From Octopus bimaculoides (lineage: Eukaryota), in contig NC_068988.1 in NCBI RefSeq assembly GCF_001194135.2, positions 58,356,923 through 58,398,743 of the forward strand: a stretch of DNA of 41,821 bases, given 5' to 3'. Under the pieces are notes generated by a model that searched no databases, was not told the origin of the DNA, and saw nothing but the letters and a program-made list of their open reading frames with translations. This document shows, piece by piece, positions 11,335 through 25,316 of this stretch. How positions within the stretch are numbered: position 1 is the stretch's first letter; every line of letters begins with the position of its first letter. A program made the translations under genes and the position numbers.

Positions 11335-11681
11335 GATTCTCCAAGAAAACGAACATTGGAGTATCTACACGCTGTACCTTAAAGAACAGCCGCAAGAGAG
11401 GTAAGCCCTGTTCATTGAGCAACAACATGAGTGAAGTGAATACCATCAAAAATCATAATAGAAATGTTATGATTTATACAGAAGGGGGAACCTGCAAAGA
11501 TTCCCATTTAGTGTACGGTGCAGAATGCACGAAACATAACTTGATTTATGTTGGTTGTACAACGGAACAATTAAACAAAAGGTTTAATGGGCACAGATTC
11601 GACGTCAGGCACAAGAACAGTAGTTCAACAGAACTTGCTGAACATTTCGTTTCAAGCGGCTGCAATTTTGAAGAAGATTTG
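11335..11681 (+). mobile_element. Penelope-like GIY-YIG endonuclease remnant, cut off by an assembly gap
   Basis: GGTCKDSHLVYGAECTKHNLIYVGCTTEQLNKRFNGHRFDV...STELAEHF (LVY...YVG...RF..H motif); preceded by (TAC)n. Confidence 0.88.
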
Positions 11682-12400
11682 NNNNNNNNNNNNNNNNNNN
11701 NNNNNNNNNNNNNNNNNNNNNNNNNNNNNNNNNNNNNNNNNNNNNNNNNNNNNNNNNNNNNNNNNNNNNNNNNNNNNNNNNNNNNNNNNNNNNNNNNNNN
11801 NNNNNNNNNNNNNNNNNNNNNNNNNNNNNNNNNNNNNNNNNNNNNNNNNNNNNNNNNNNNNNNNNNNNNNNNNNNNNNNNNNNNNNNNNNNNNNNNNNNN
11901 NNNNNNNNNNNNNNNNNNNNNNNNNNNNNNNNNNNNNNNNNNNNNNNNNNNNNNNNNNNNNNNNNNNNNNNNNNNNNNNNNNNNNNNNNNNNNNNNNNNN
12001 NNNNNNNNNNNNNNNNNNNNNNNNNNNNNNNNNNNNNNNNNNNNNNNNNNNNNNNNNNNNNNNNNNNNNNNNNNNNNNNNNNNNNNNNNNNNNNNNNNNN
12101 NNNNNNNNNNNNNNNNNNNNNNNNNNNNNNNNNNNNNNNNNNNNNNNNNNNNNNNNNNNNNNNNNNNNNNNNNNNNNNNNNNNNNNNNNNNNNNNNNNNN
12201 NNNNNNNNNNNNNNNNNNNNNNNNNNNNNNNNNNNNNNNNNNNNNNNNNNNNNNNNNNNNNNNNNNNNNNNNNNNNNNNNNNNNNNNNNNNNNNNNNNNN
12301 NNNNNNNNNNNNNNNNNNNNNNNNNNNNNNNNNNNNNNNNNNNNNNNNNNNNNNNNNNNNNNNNNNNNNNNNNNNNNNNNNNNNNNNNNNNNNNGTCTTG

Positions 12401-12685
<285 letters not shown>

Positions 12686-15600
12686 TAAGAGTCGTAACTA
12701 AATTCTCAAAGATATTTTGTTTGATGCTCTAACAATGCTATCAAAGTTCAGATTCCGTTACCATTATAGTTTAGTTTTCATTAAATCTCTTCGGTAAATA
12801 GAATTTTATCGGACATAAACAAACTACGTGATCAATAAATCAATAAAAATGAAAATGTAGAGATACCTAAAATTTATGGTTATACTCCATAGCAAAGTTT
12901 AGTTTGAAAAACAAACACTTCCGGCATCTCAATAATTTTAGGTTATATAACTAACAACAGAAAATGTGATGAGTATTGAAATCAGTGTAACTAAATACTT
13001 GATTAATGTTATAAGCCTTAGCAGTAGTGTTTTTAAATACAATTTCACTATGGATGTTAATGTGTAAACGATCGAGCCCTTTTTAATGTCCATAATGCGG
13101 TGTATAATCATAGTAGATGTTTACAACCGTCTAATGTATCTAATAAATTGAATTAAACGTTGTGACAGCTAAAAACGTATAGATTTAGAAAAATTGTAAA
13201 ATAAATTCTGAATCAAATGGTAAATAAATGGAGTGAATCTGTTTTATTTATAAAAGTCTATATTAAACTGTGATTGATGTATTAAATTTTCCTTTCCCTG
13301 TATGGGATAAGTAATTAATTCAAAGACGTGTGTGAAAGTCATTAGAAGGATGTAATAATCGGACTAAGTCTCCGAGTGAAATGGGATATGTGGAGTTCTA
13401 ACTTTATGGTTACATGTCGCGCAATTTAATCCTTCGTTTGTCTAAATCAGTTTCACAAGTTAGTTCTAAACGTCCATGCTTGTTTTCAGACTTTTAGTCA
13501 GGCCTTTTTACGTACGTTCTAAGTAATATAACGCTTTCCTCCCATAAGTCCTAAGTTACTCTGGTAGTCGGAAAAACTTGGTAATGTGTATCGTATATGA
13601 TGCACTGACGTCAGGTAAATATGTCCTGTGTAGCACGTGTGATAGGTACTTTATGAACTTGTATGAAAAGGTATTCATAAACGCACATATATGTGCGTAT
13701 GTATGCATATATGTACTCGCATAGACATTTGACTCGCTGTCTCAATCAAAGGCATTTGATTCGTCATCTCTATCAGATCGCTTAACGTAAAAAACGCACC
13801 AGATACTGAGCAAGGTTAAAAAGACCGTTAGCTTCCAACGATCCATAGTTTCTTTGAATAATATTCTATCATAAGGCTATATGGAATCATCGTTATGCTT
13901 GTGGGAGACTATTTCAATGGCATTATTTTGGTTACCAAGATTGGAGGTGCAATATATTTTCAAGAATCCACCAACAATAAGATTTTCCAATTTATGGAAG
14001 CTACAAAAACATTTAACAAAGCTTTAATTCTATTCACTCCGTGAATTCTTTGCAGCAATGAGTAGTCGCTGCAGCGGAAACACGTGTAGGTTACTATAAT
14101 AGGCTGTATATGATTATAAATAAAATTTGTGGGTGTAAAAGTCTCCATACGCTTTATTATATATATTGAAACGTAGTTACTCATCGCCAATTAATGTAAT
14201 ATCGCCACTATTCATGACAATACTTGTTTGCAGAATAACCGTGTGGTAACAATAAAATATATAACGAAACAGTGTAAACAACAACGCAACAATTCTACAA
14301 ACTCTCCACTTACCATACACGAACCAACAAACGGTATTCCGACAAATTACCAAAGCGACATCTTACGACTTTCTACGATTAACGCCTACACTCTGTCTTA
14401 TATATATGTATATNNNNNNNNNNNNNNNNNNNNNNNNNNNNNNNNNNNNNNNNNNNNNNNNNNNNNNNNNNNNNNNNNNNNNNNNNNNNNNNNNNNNNNN
14501 NNNNNNNNNNNNNNNATATATATATATATATAAGGCATGTGCCGTCAGTAATTACTCAGGGTAGGCAGTTGATGACCTTTATGTAATAAAACTGACAAAA
14601 CATAAGCGAAGCACAGGCGTATGACTGAGTTGAAGGCAGATTTGCTTCTGCCTTTATAGCACGTAGAAAACGTTGTAGGACTGTACGCGGCACGTGTACT
14701 ACAGCAGTATTATGCGTAGCTTAAATACTGAGATTGAAAAGCAAGGGTGAATTATGCCTCCCTGGTCTACAAAGGAATAAAATATTTTGCATTCTATGCA
14801 TAATAATCAGAGTAATCATAATAATCATAGTTTTATTGAATTAGGTGCACATTTTGCCATAAAAGGAAAATGTTGCTATCTATCTATTTTATTCAAGGTA
14901 AGCACTGCCTACCTTGCCTACCTAGACGACACGACCATACTTGTCTCTGTCTGTTTACGTATTTTTCACTCGTTGGTGATGTCCTATAATTAATGTGTAT
15001 TTTTAATTATATATACTCATAGATTGATACATAAATTGATGCATATTTTTATATATGCTAGTATATATAAACGTATATATATGTGTAAACATTATCAATG
15101 TCACATACTTAATGTGTGTGCTTTATTTATACTCTTATTAGTTGCTGGATTGTATCAAGGGAAAAGTCCCTTTAAGACGCCGAGTGTTAAAAACTACTGA
15201 ACTCGTCAGACCAAGAGTGACAACTCGGGTCGTAGGTGAAAGAGAACGGTAGATATTAATATTTCGTTGCCGTTTTAGCTCATTGGCACCGTATACCCGG
15301 AGTCACCTCGAAATGAATTGGAATCTCTGTCTGAGGTATACAAATGGTGTAATGTCTAACTACTGATGTGCTATAGCACCGCATAAGTAGAACAAAATTA
15401 CATTTTGAATTAGAAGTAGCTCTAATAATGTAAATATTATCGGTGATAATTCTGCGGTTAATATACGTAGAAACAAAACACATAGATTGAATATGCGACA
15501 TCGGTAATGTAAACAAAAACAAAGCCTGCACTTAGTCGAACGTGAACGCAATTCATGCATTCACATGATATTATCTTACGGAAAATATAATTAAAATAAC

Positions 15601-15985
15601 ATGGTAGTCATTCTCGAAACATATGACTCGATTGTTGGCGTCAGTACTTGAAGAATATCAAAAGGAATTTAAACATAACATAACAGCTGTCAAACTATTG
15701 TCAGTCGTATCGATACATATCAATAATCAAAGATAGCTTGAACTAAGTGGAAGCAAATAAATTATCTGTACACGAACCGAAATGTAAGTTAAATAAGACC
15801 CCTGTTATATTATTGATTTATGTAATTTGTGCTTGTGTAACATAATAATAATAGCTTACTGTTATCGATAATTACGCTCATTCGGTTAATCGGTTAATTA
15901 ATTTCTGCAGTTATTTTCAATTTCCGTAGATGTACATATTAACGAAATTGACTGCATTTACATTTGGAATAATGATAATAATAAT

Positions 15986-16176
15986 GGTTTCAAGTTTTGG
16001 CACAAGGCCAACAGTTATATCAACCCAAGTGCTCAACTAGTACTTATTTTATCGACCCCGAAAGGATGAAAGGCAAAGTTGACCTCGGTGGAATTCAAAC
16101 TCAGAACGTTAAGACCGACGAAATGTCACTAAGCATTTTACCCGGCATACTAACGGTTCTGTCAGTTCGCCACCTT
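15986..16176 (-). mobile_element. tRNA-type SINE, family C
   Basis: Near full-length copy; minus strand has a B-box-like GAGTTTGAATTCC. Confidence 0.88.
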
Positions 16177-16194
16177 CTTACAAAATATTACGTT

Positions 16195-16392
16195 GGTTTC
16201 AAATTTTAGCACAAGGCCAGCATGTTCGGGGGTAGGGATATTCGGTTACATCGACCCGAGTACTCAACTGGCATTTATTTTATCGACCTCAAAGTCAACC
16301 GCAGTCGAATTTGAACTCAGAATGTAAAGACGGACTAAATACCGCTAAGCATTCTGCCCGGTGTGCTAACGGTCCTGCCAGCTCGCCGCCTT
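16195..16392 (-). mobile_element. tRNA-type SINE, family C, tandem with the previous copy
   Basis: Minus strand starts GGCGGCGAGCTGGCAGG...GTTAGCAC, with B-box-like GAGTTCAAATTC. Confidence 0.88.
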
Positions 16393-16469
16393 CTGACAAA
16401 ATATCATAGTGTTAATCAATTCTATTAGGTCAGCTTCACAGAATTCAGAGTTCTTAATTTTAGTGGTGA

Positions 16470-18830
16470 CTGGTTGATACCAGACGAAAATATTTAATCA
16501 TAGAAAAGAGCGAAGACGAAGACTTCACTACTTACATAGGCAGAGTCAGCTAAGAATGTGAGAGATTTAAGCTGGATAGTGCTTACTCCAGATTCTTTCA
16601 AGTGTTTGATTTTTGTACAAGGATTGGCAGATAAAAATTATGCAGAAATCCAAACGAAAAAAAATCTAGCAAACTGGAAATGAAACCGAATTTCACATTG
16701 CAGAAACTGACGGAAGAGTGTAATATGATATTAAAATTAAGGCATGACACAGAAGAAATTCAACGGAAAAAGTGTTTTCGCATAAGACTAGTGTAAAAAA
16801 ATAAGTTGGAAAACAAATAGTGTTGCAGGAAAAACGGAAAAAATATCGGGATGTAGACCCATGTATGGCATGTGGTGGGATGCACCTGAAAAAAGATTGT
16901 CCGTATAAAAAAGCAAAGTGTTTTCCCTGCGGGTTCTCACTGCAAAACTAGAATGATTGGAAAATGGAACAAACAAGAAAAAATAAATAGTTTGACTGCA
17001 ACAAACAGGAAATATGTGAATGTGAGAATTGAAACCACTAGTGTCTGAATGCAATTAGACACGGGAAATAACACCACAATCATAAATGAGAAAACATGGG
17101 AATAAATGGGTAAATCACAATTATGTAGTATAAACAAAATAGCGGGAAGAAAATTATATTACACAGGCGAAAGCGTTTGTAATATAATGCTTAAAGGTCG
17201 AACCAAAAAACTGAATGTTTATGTGTTGAAAAATCCATGAATTTCTTTGGCATCGAATATATGGAGAAATTTAATTTATGAGATACACCCATAAGCGTTT
17301 TATGCGATAACGTAAACGGAGCAGTCAAACGAACGAACGAATGAGGTCATGAACTGGGACAAAAAAATAGAAGAAACTTTCCCAAAAGTTTTTTCGGAAT
17401 GTCTAGGCTGTTGCACAAAAACAAAAGCAAGGATTGCTATCAAAGAAAATTCAAGACCTATTTTCAGGCCCAAACGGAACGTGCCGTTTGCGGCGGTAGA
17501 CCAGGTCAATAAAGAACTAGAAAAGTTGGAAAGCCTGAATATAATTGAAAAGATTGATCATGCAGACTGGGGAGCACCGGCGGTCTACGTAAAATATTAA
17601 AAAAATAAGCTAAGAGTGTGCGCAGACTTCTCAACCGGATTAAATGACTGTTTATTCACACACAACGACTCACTACCAAGCCCAGAAGTATTTGCTAAAC
17701 TAAACGGAAGGAAAATTTTCTCAAAGTTAGACTTCTCGGAGGCATACCTTCAAATTCAGTTAGGAGAAGATTGCATACATCCAGAACAATCAACACGCAC
17801 CGTGGTTTGTACAAGTTCAAACGATTACCGTTTGGAGTATATGTGGCACCCGCTATGTCCAACAAATAATGGATGCGATGGTAAGTAATTGCGACTTTAC
17901 CATCGCATACCACGATGACATTTTGATAAAGAGCCAGTCTTGGGTGCAACACGTCGAATACATAAAGAAAGTATTGGAGAGAATAAGTGAATACGGGCTA
18001 AAACTGACAGAAGCAAAATGCGAATTTTTGACTGAAAAAATAAAATACCTAGGTCAAGTAATTGACGAAAGTGGACGCAGACCGGACCCATCAAGGGCGA
18101 CGGCAATACGAAATATGCTGCCCCCGACGAACATGACAATGTTACAAGCATTCCTAGGCTTGGTAAATTGTTACCAAGTATATATCCTAAATATACATAA
18201 GGTAAGGGCACCACTTAATTACTAAAAACAAATGCCAAATGGATTTGAAGAGAGAAATGCCAGAAAGCCTTTAATGAGTTAAAGATATGTTAACTTAAAA
18301 CTTGTATCTTAAGCATTTCAACCCAAAGTTAGAGATAATACTAGCTACAGATGCTTGCGAGTATGTGATAGGAACCGCTCTCCTACACAAGGATAACGAT
18401 GGCAAGAGAAGGCCATAGCTTACACATCAAGGACATTATTGCCGGCGGAAAAGAGCTATAACCAGATTGAAAAAGAGGCGTTGGTTATTATATTAGGCAT
18501 GAAAAAGTTCCACAGGTTCATTCATGACAAACGTTTTTGGTTGCAAACAGACCATAGACCTCTAATAACGATATACGGATCCAAGACAGGAATCCCGACA
18601 CATACGACAAAAGCGGTGGGATAACATTCTGTTAAACTACGGTTATAAAATTGAATACCTGCTTTCAAAAATGTTGGGGCATGTCGATGGTCTGTTTAGG
18701 TTAATTCCGAGAAATAAGGAACCGCTGGAAGACACCGTAGTAGCAGCGTTAAGAGCGGAAGCGGACGCAAAACAAGTGATATGGCGCATCGTACGTGAAT
18801 TACCAGTAACTTTGGAAGAAAGTGTCTGAT
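16470..18830 (+). mobile_element. Ty3/Gypsy LTR retrotransposon gag-pol remnant (Mag/K02A2.6-like), many stops and frameshifts, no integrase or LTR seen
   Basis: Gag EDEDFTTYIGRVS*ECERFKL..FKCLIFVQGL; zinc knuckle CMACGGMHLKKDCPYKKAKCFPC at 16862; protease MQLDTG (17049-17066); RT RPKRNVPFA..DWGAP..CADFSTGLN..FSKLDFSEAYLQI..AYHDDILI; RNase H ATDAC..YNQIEKEAL..TDHRPL. Confidence 0.95.
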
Positions 18831-19226
18831 GATTGTGGTAGGATACGAGACGTACTAAAAACACTATTTGGCATGCTCTTAGCGCATGAACCTAATGGTA
18901 GCGCATAAAACATATATTGTGTTTATTAAATAATATATATATATATATATATTATGCGTACACATACAGACACACACATACGCACACATACACACGCACA
19001 CACACACACTCACACACGCACGCACGCAAGCACACATACGCAAGAATATACATAGCCACCAATACCGAGTCGTATCAGTTTCGCCAAACGATTGCAATGA
19101 CGGGAAACTCTGGTTGCGTGGCAAGCTCTCAGCTTCAGGTTTAATGAAAAAACAGCCTCGTATCTTCTACAACTTGTATTGTGCATTCCTTTCTCATTCG
19201 TTTGACATTAAGCAACACACACACAC

Positions 19227-19309
<83 letters not shown>

Positions 19310-20083
19310 TTCACGCACACATAATCACACACGCGCACACGCACACACACACACACACACACACACGCATAAAGAGAGCATAGAGAGGAAGGGTAGGGGT
19401 AAGTCTATGTGTTACAATTTACATAAATTACCATAATAGGCTTACTAAAAGAGAGTAATGGAATAAAATCGATATGGAAGAAGATTAAGGTGTGTATGAG
19501 AGTAGGGGAGCAGTTGAGTACAGGTTGCTCTGTGTGTGTGTGTGTGTGTGCTGATGTACGGTCATGTGCGTACGTAGGATTATGGATGTGCATGTGTAAA
19601 GAGGAGTGTGGGAACATGGAGGATGAATAAATATAGAGAAAGAGAGAGAGAGAGAAGGTAAGAGCTTCTGTAAATGAACAGATTAATGTGTAAGTGTGTG
19701 TAAATGTGTATGTGAATATATGCATATATGTACGAATATATATATATATATATATNNNNNNNNNNNNNNNNNNNNNNNNNNNNNNNNNNNNNNNNNNNNN
19801 NNNNNNNNNNNNNNNNNNNNNNNNNNNNNNNNNNNNNNNNNNNNNNNNNNNNNNNNNNNNNNNNNNNNNNNNNNNNNNNNNNNNNNNNNNNNNNNNNNNN
19901 NNNNNNNNNNNNNNNNNNNNNNNNNNNNNNNNNNNNNNNNNNNNNNNNNNNNNNNNNNNNNNNNNNNNNNNNNNNNNNNNNNNNNNNNNNNNNNNNNNNN
20001 NNNNNNNNNNNNNNNNNNNNNNNNNNNNNNNNNNNNNNNNNNNNNNNNNNNNNNNNNNNNNNNNNNNNNNNNNNNNNNNNNNN

Positions 20084-20141
<58 letters not shown>

Positions 20142-20207
20142 CGTATGTGTGTATGTATGTATGTATGGAGGAGAGCATGTCTATATATGTATCATGCGTA
20201 CTTGTAC

Positions 20208-21545
20208 AATTGACAGGATTTTTTTCCTGTTTGTCAACTCCTGGAGAATTGTATCGCATAGCTCTTCAGCAGGTCTTTGTCGATTTAATAAAATCCTTCG
20301 ATACTGTTTATAGGATCTTTCTTTGAATCAATTCATCTCAAATCGTCCACTTGTTTAAGCGGCTCAGTCGCAAAATGAAAGTTTGGTTTTACTTTAACGG
20401 TTCACTTTCGAAACTAATTTCCATCGATAACTCTCTTTTTCTTCATATATTTTACTGTAACTATCTCGTACGCCCCCGGAACAGCAATATAGGCGTGTAC
20501 AATCGCATCAGAGCCACAGGTAAAATCTTTGATGTAAGACACTTCAACGCAAACTCGAATAATTTCCACTCCTTTGTTCATGAACTCCTTTATGCTGACA
20601 ATGTAGATCTCGTTACGCACATCGAAGCAGACATGCCGGTTATAATGGATCTCTTCTCTAGAACATGCCCCACTTTTGGACTTACCATCAGTCTGAAGAA
20701 AGAAAAAGCCATGCTACATGTTCTCTCCGCCTTCAGGCCAGTTCTATAGCGATCTGATCTTAACGTCTTCGTCCAGGATACATGGTTGGATATGATCTAA
20801 TATTTCGTCTACGTTGGCTGCAGTCTTCCTAGAGACGGATCACTTGATTCTGAAGTAAATCTGAAGATCGAAAAAGCCAGCAGTCTTCGAAAAGCTCGAA
20901 AAATCATGGTCTGAGAAAGATATCATCTCCAAAACCAAACTCAGCATCTACGAATAAAACACCTTAACTACCGTTTTGATGCTTGGACTAAGTATCATTA
21001 TCACATCAAAGCCTTGAAAGAATTCTATGAAGCTTGTCATAGAAGGATCTTAAACATCTAACGGCCGTCTCTGATTTTAGAAACTGTTGTTTTTCAGTGA
21101 GTCATCACATCGAGTATTGAAATGCCCCTCAGATGCATTGGGCTAGGAATCTTATTAGGATGCAGGATGACAGGTTATCTAAACAGTTGTTTTACGGCTA
21201 GTGACAACATGGTAAACGTTTAAAACATAAACCCAAGAAACGTTGTAGAGATTTCGTCAAAAACAACCTTAGGCTCTTAGTATGGATGTCGAAAAGTGGG
21301 AGCAGATGCTGGAAAATCGATCGGATTGTAAAGAAGTGATCTACAATAGTTGGAAAGCATTTAAAACATGAATAATTGAACACTATCATGGAAAGAGCAC
21401 TTCGTAAATGAGACTTTATTTCAAATCCCAATACTTTTCCGCCTGAACATGTATGTAACATCTGCAGTATGGTTTATTCATTCAAAGGTGGAATTGCTTG
21501 TCATATGAGATCTTATGGCGGCATTTGCTAATTGAAGGAAGGGCA
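20208..21545 (+). mobile_element. RTE-clade LINE, 5'-truncated and decayed RT plus C-terminal zinc finger
   Basis: FVDLIKSFDTV; HELLYADNVDLVTH...FSRTCPTFGLTISLKK; terminal CNICSMVYSFKGGIACHMRS. Confidence 0.9.
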
Positions 21546-21588
21546 TTTAGTATATGTATGTTCATCGTATATGTATGTATGGGTGAAA

Positions 21589-21625
<37 letters not shown>

Positions 21626-21942
21626 NNNNNNNNNNNNNNNNNNNNNNNNNNNNNNNNNNNNNNNNNNNNNNNNNNNNNNNNNNNNNNNNNNNNNNNNNNN
21701 NNNNNNNNNNNNNNNNNNNNNNNNNNNNNNNNNNNNNNNNNNNNNNNNNNNNNNNNNNNNNNNNNNNNNNNNNNNNNNNNNTTATAATATATATAAAAAT
21801 ATATAGTTTTAGGGAAAAGAACCAAGTTTCAAGAACTCATCGATGAAAATCCACTATCACATATAGAAAAATTAATAATTAAAAGCACAATAAATGAGTA
21901 TAATATAAAACAAAGTAAATATCATAAGATAAAGATAGTAAA

Positions 21943-22059
21943 ATAACTACACGTGTTCCATAATTAATTTTCAAATAGAAAGGAAATTTAAATCGATTAA
22001 AATCAATTAAATTATCGAAAATAAATTCTATTCAAAAATACAGCTAATCGTCAGGTCGT
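21943..22059 (-). ncRNA. Type I hammerhead motif, long stem II variant, A13G (probably inactive)
   Basis: ACGAC-CUGACGA-U-UAGCU..GAAUAGAA...UUCUAUUU..AAUUA-U-GGAA-CACGUG-UA^GUUAU; same ACACGUGU palindrome as the copy at 1627. Confidence 0.62.
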
Positions 22060-22441
22060 AAATAAAACAATAATTATAATAAATAAATATATATATCAAC
22101 CAACAATAAGTTCCAAATGAATTTATCTAAAATACTTATTTTATAGAGATAGAAAAATTATTAAAAATATTAAAATATCAAAATAATAAACATTCCATAA
22201 TCATCCCTACTTCCATTATAATATATGCTAACTTGTATATTATATACAAAAACCAGCTTACATAAATTATTATCGTTTTAAATACAATTTAAACGAAGTT
22301 TAAGGTTAAAATAATAATAAAGATAAAATTAGTACATATTTAACCGGTGTAATAGTTAAAGCTATACTATTTAAAACTAAAAACGTTCATTTAATTATCA
22401 TTAAAAATCAATTGAATAATAGAAAAATACAATAATACTTA

Positions 22442-23030
22442 TTTCTACGTTTGGCTAGATATATTTGTCTCCTTGCATCCATTCCGGCAAACTGATACAG
22501 TACCCAATTACCCCCATTCTTCCAGGCCTGTTTCTTAGCTCTTATGGCCCTGTCTACCGCATTGTCCCACTACCACTTTACCCTAGGTCTGGATGGGATT
22601 TTGAACCAGCCACAGATTTGGTCTGTGGCACTCAGTAAGTTGACCCTCTGGAATTCTCAGTTGCCTTCTATGTCACAAGTCTGTAGCTCCTCCTCTCTTT
22701 CACCGAATTTTTCAATTAGGATGTCCATAAATCTCTGACCATATGAAGAGTTCTTAAGCTTCCTAATCCTTCTTTTCCAGATTGTTTTACTTCTTGGCAT
22801 CCTACTGGCCTAGAGTCTAAAGCCACTAATGACTAGTCTATGATGGGGAGTAGATTCTTCACTCGGAAGGGTCTTTGTATTTAGGAGCAGCCATACATCA
22901 CGCTGTTTGGTGAGAATGTAATCGATCTGGATAGCACAGGCACCTGATTGGTAGGTTATCAGATAGCTGGCTGGCTTCTTGAAGTTTGTGCTGCAGACCA
23001 ATAGGTTATTTGCATCACATAACTACAGTA
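22442..23030 (-). mobile_element. RTE-like LINE fragment (APE endonuclease C-terminal half and linker)
   Basis: TNFKKPASYLITYQSG..IQIDYIL..HHRLVIS; downstream KW*WDNAVDRAIRAKKQAWKNGG. Confidence 0.85.
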
Positions 23031-23931
23031 TTTACACGCACAGACACAGACACAAATACACACATACACACACATACACACACACAGTCACATACACACA
23101 AACAGTCACATACACACAAACAAACAAGCATATTTAGGCAGTAAAGTTTCTTTTAAAGAAACCATTACTGTTTAAAAATAACAATATGTCAATATGAAAA
23201 GCTGACAAAGTAGCTGTGCAGCGTCTTCAGGGACCTTACTTCAAGATCCTTTTGCATTTAACTGGTTAAAATTTTATGTTGATTTTCTTTGCGTTCAATG
23301 ATGTGGAGTTGTACGTTAATTTAGACGCGAACTATCCTGAATTCCGAGTATTGATTTGATAATCACTCCTTTATTCCTTATTGTTAGTTATTTCAAAAAA
23401 CTTCGTTGCTTTAATATTTATAACATTTATATTGAGCAAAGGTAAATTTTCTCATATGCAAGCATCTTAAAACTCGTTCTTGCCTAGAATCTATTATATT
23501 ATCCTCAGATGTAAAAATTCTTCTATACATAAGTCACATTTATTAGTTCCTGGCCTGTATGGTTTTGCAGTACTAATCAATTCCCAGTTGATAGTATAGT
23601 CTTTGTTTTTATCTTTAATGGACCAGAATAACCTACTTAGACTTGATTGGAGTTTTTTTATTTTTATTTTCAACTATAAATGAATTTAAGTGATTAGCCA
23701 GTAGGTAACGCAGTATATACATTTGATATATCAAATTAGCAACAGGAAGAAAGTACCAATAAAGATTATTCAATACTAAGTCAATTATAGAGTTTCTAAA
23801 TATTTTTATAAGATAAAATTGACTGTTATGAAGAAGCTATTTTCTTTCACAGATAATTGTTTCTCAAAGAAATTCCTGAACAGCTGTGTACAAACAGCTG
23901 CTTTTAAAAGTTCAATTTTCTGTAATAACAC

Positions 23932-23936
23932 TACTG

Positions 23937-23986
<50 letters not shown>

Positions 23987-24085
23987 GATTTCAAATTTCG
24001 GCACAAGGTCAGCGATTTCGGGAGAGGGGCAAGTCGATTAAATCGACTCCATGCTCAACTGGTATTTATTTTATCGACCCAAAAC
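23932..24085 (-). mobile_element. SINE family C 3' part (23987-24085) with (CTA)n tail (23932-23986)
   Basis: GATTTCAAATTTCGGCACAAGGTCAGC...GCTCAACTGGTATTTATTTTATCGACCC. Confidence 0.82.
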
Positions 24086-24129
24086 GTAGGTCGTTTCGCT
24101 TTCCTGGAGGCCTTTTGACAAATTCTCGC

Positions 24130-24495
24130 TTATTAGAAAGCGAAAAGACTCACGTTATAACACGAAAACAGTGAAGTTTGGGGGTAAGAATCTGATGCTT
24201 TGAGGATACATAAAAAGTGATGGTTCAAAGAAAGTTGGTTTAAATTGACGGTAACTTGAATAGTGCCAAATATATCCATTTGCTGAAGGGAAATTTGATA
24301 CCAGACTTGGATGTAAGTGAGATTTTTCAGCATGACGGAGCTCCATTCCACAAATCGCGTGCAACACAAAGAAATCTGGCTGATGGTGTTACCGTATTGA
24401 AAGACTGGTCAGCTCAGAGTTCTGACTTAAATATCATCGAACAAATGTGGACAGAACTAAAGAGAAGAGTCCGTCAGAAGAATCCACGCAGTCCT
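24130..24495 (+). mobile_element. Tc1-like DD(E) transposase remnant
   Basis: NSAKYIHLL...IFQHDGAPFH...WSAQSSDLNIIEQMWTELKRRV (QxDxAPxH and WPxxSPDLNxIExxW motifs). Confidence 0.9.
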
Positions 24496-24785
24496 GACTT
24501 TCTTTTATACATCTATATCTGTAAACGGTTATATTTAATACATTTTTCGCTGTATTGTGTATTCATTACTTTTTGCATCAGTTACTTATTATTAATCTTA
24601 TATAAATCGAAGCTGCATCCTTTAATTTGCTGCTTTTCTATACACAAACCGAAAAGGTATCTTGTGGAATAGTCGTTATTTTAACGCAATGCATCTTGTA
24701 ATCACCTGAAGAAACACATCTACACCGTCGGATACTCCTAAACCAGTTGTTAAGTATATATACATATACATATATCGAGGGAGAA

Positions 24786-24870
<85 letters not shown>

Positions 24871-25178
24871 NNNNNNNNNNNNNNNNNNNNNNNNNNNNNN
24901 NNNNNNNNNNNNNNNNNNNNNNNNNNNNNNNNNNNNNNNNNNNNNNNNNNNNNNNNNNNNNNNNNNNNNNNNNNNNNNNNNNNNNNNNNNNNNNNNNNNN
25001 NNNNNNNNNNNNNNNNNNNNNNNNNNNNNNNNNNNNNNNNNNNNNNNNNNNNNNNNNNNNNNNNNNNNNNNNNNNNNNNNNNNNNNNNNNNNNNNNNNNN
25101 NNNNNNNNNNNNNNNNNNNNNNNNNNNNNNNNNNNNNNNNNNNNNNNTTTTTTTTTTTTTTTTTTGCTTTTCTTATAG

Positions 25179-25316
25179 AATAAAGATGTCGACTATGAAG
25201 ATCTCGGCGGTGCTTATGTGGGACCCACACAAAATCGACTCCTACGGATGGCCAGAGAGTTCAACATCAAAACTCATCTGGTTAACGAAAAGGAAGATTC
25301 TGTGTTTTACAGCTCG
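25179..25316 (+). CDS. MAO: Monoamine oxidase exon equivalent to vertebrate exon 3
   Basis: T-tract..tcttatag|AAT...TCG|gtaaga; 138 bp, phase 0 to 0; [46 protein letters not shown] versus [33 protein letters not shown]. Not in the ORF track. Confidence 0.96.

Noticed and set aside
14787-14993. ORF containing IELGAHF, loosely like the DLGG motif
   Set aside because: No splice context or further MAO similarity; the true exon 3 is at 25179.
15283-15665. TGGCACCGT.. (about 15284) and TGGCGTCAG.. (about 15646) as Gypsy primer-binding sites
   Set aside because: No convincing tRNA 3' complement, no preceding LTR end and no second LTR.
23615-23655. QNNLLRL peptide resembling MAO QNRILRL
   Set aside because: No DLGG or splice sites; chance match.
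23170-24770. Isolated CUGAAGA boxes at 23224-23230 (-) and 24706-24712 (+)
   Set aside because: No correctly placed GAAA, stem III or stem I.
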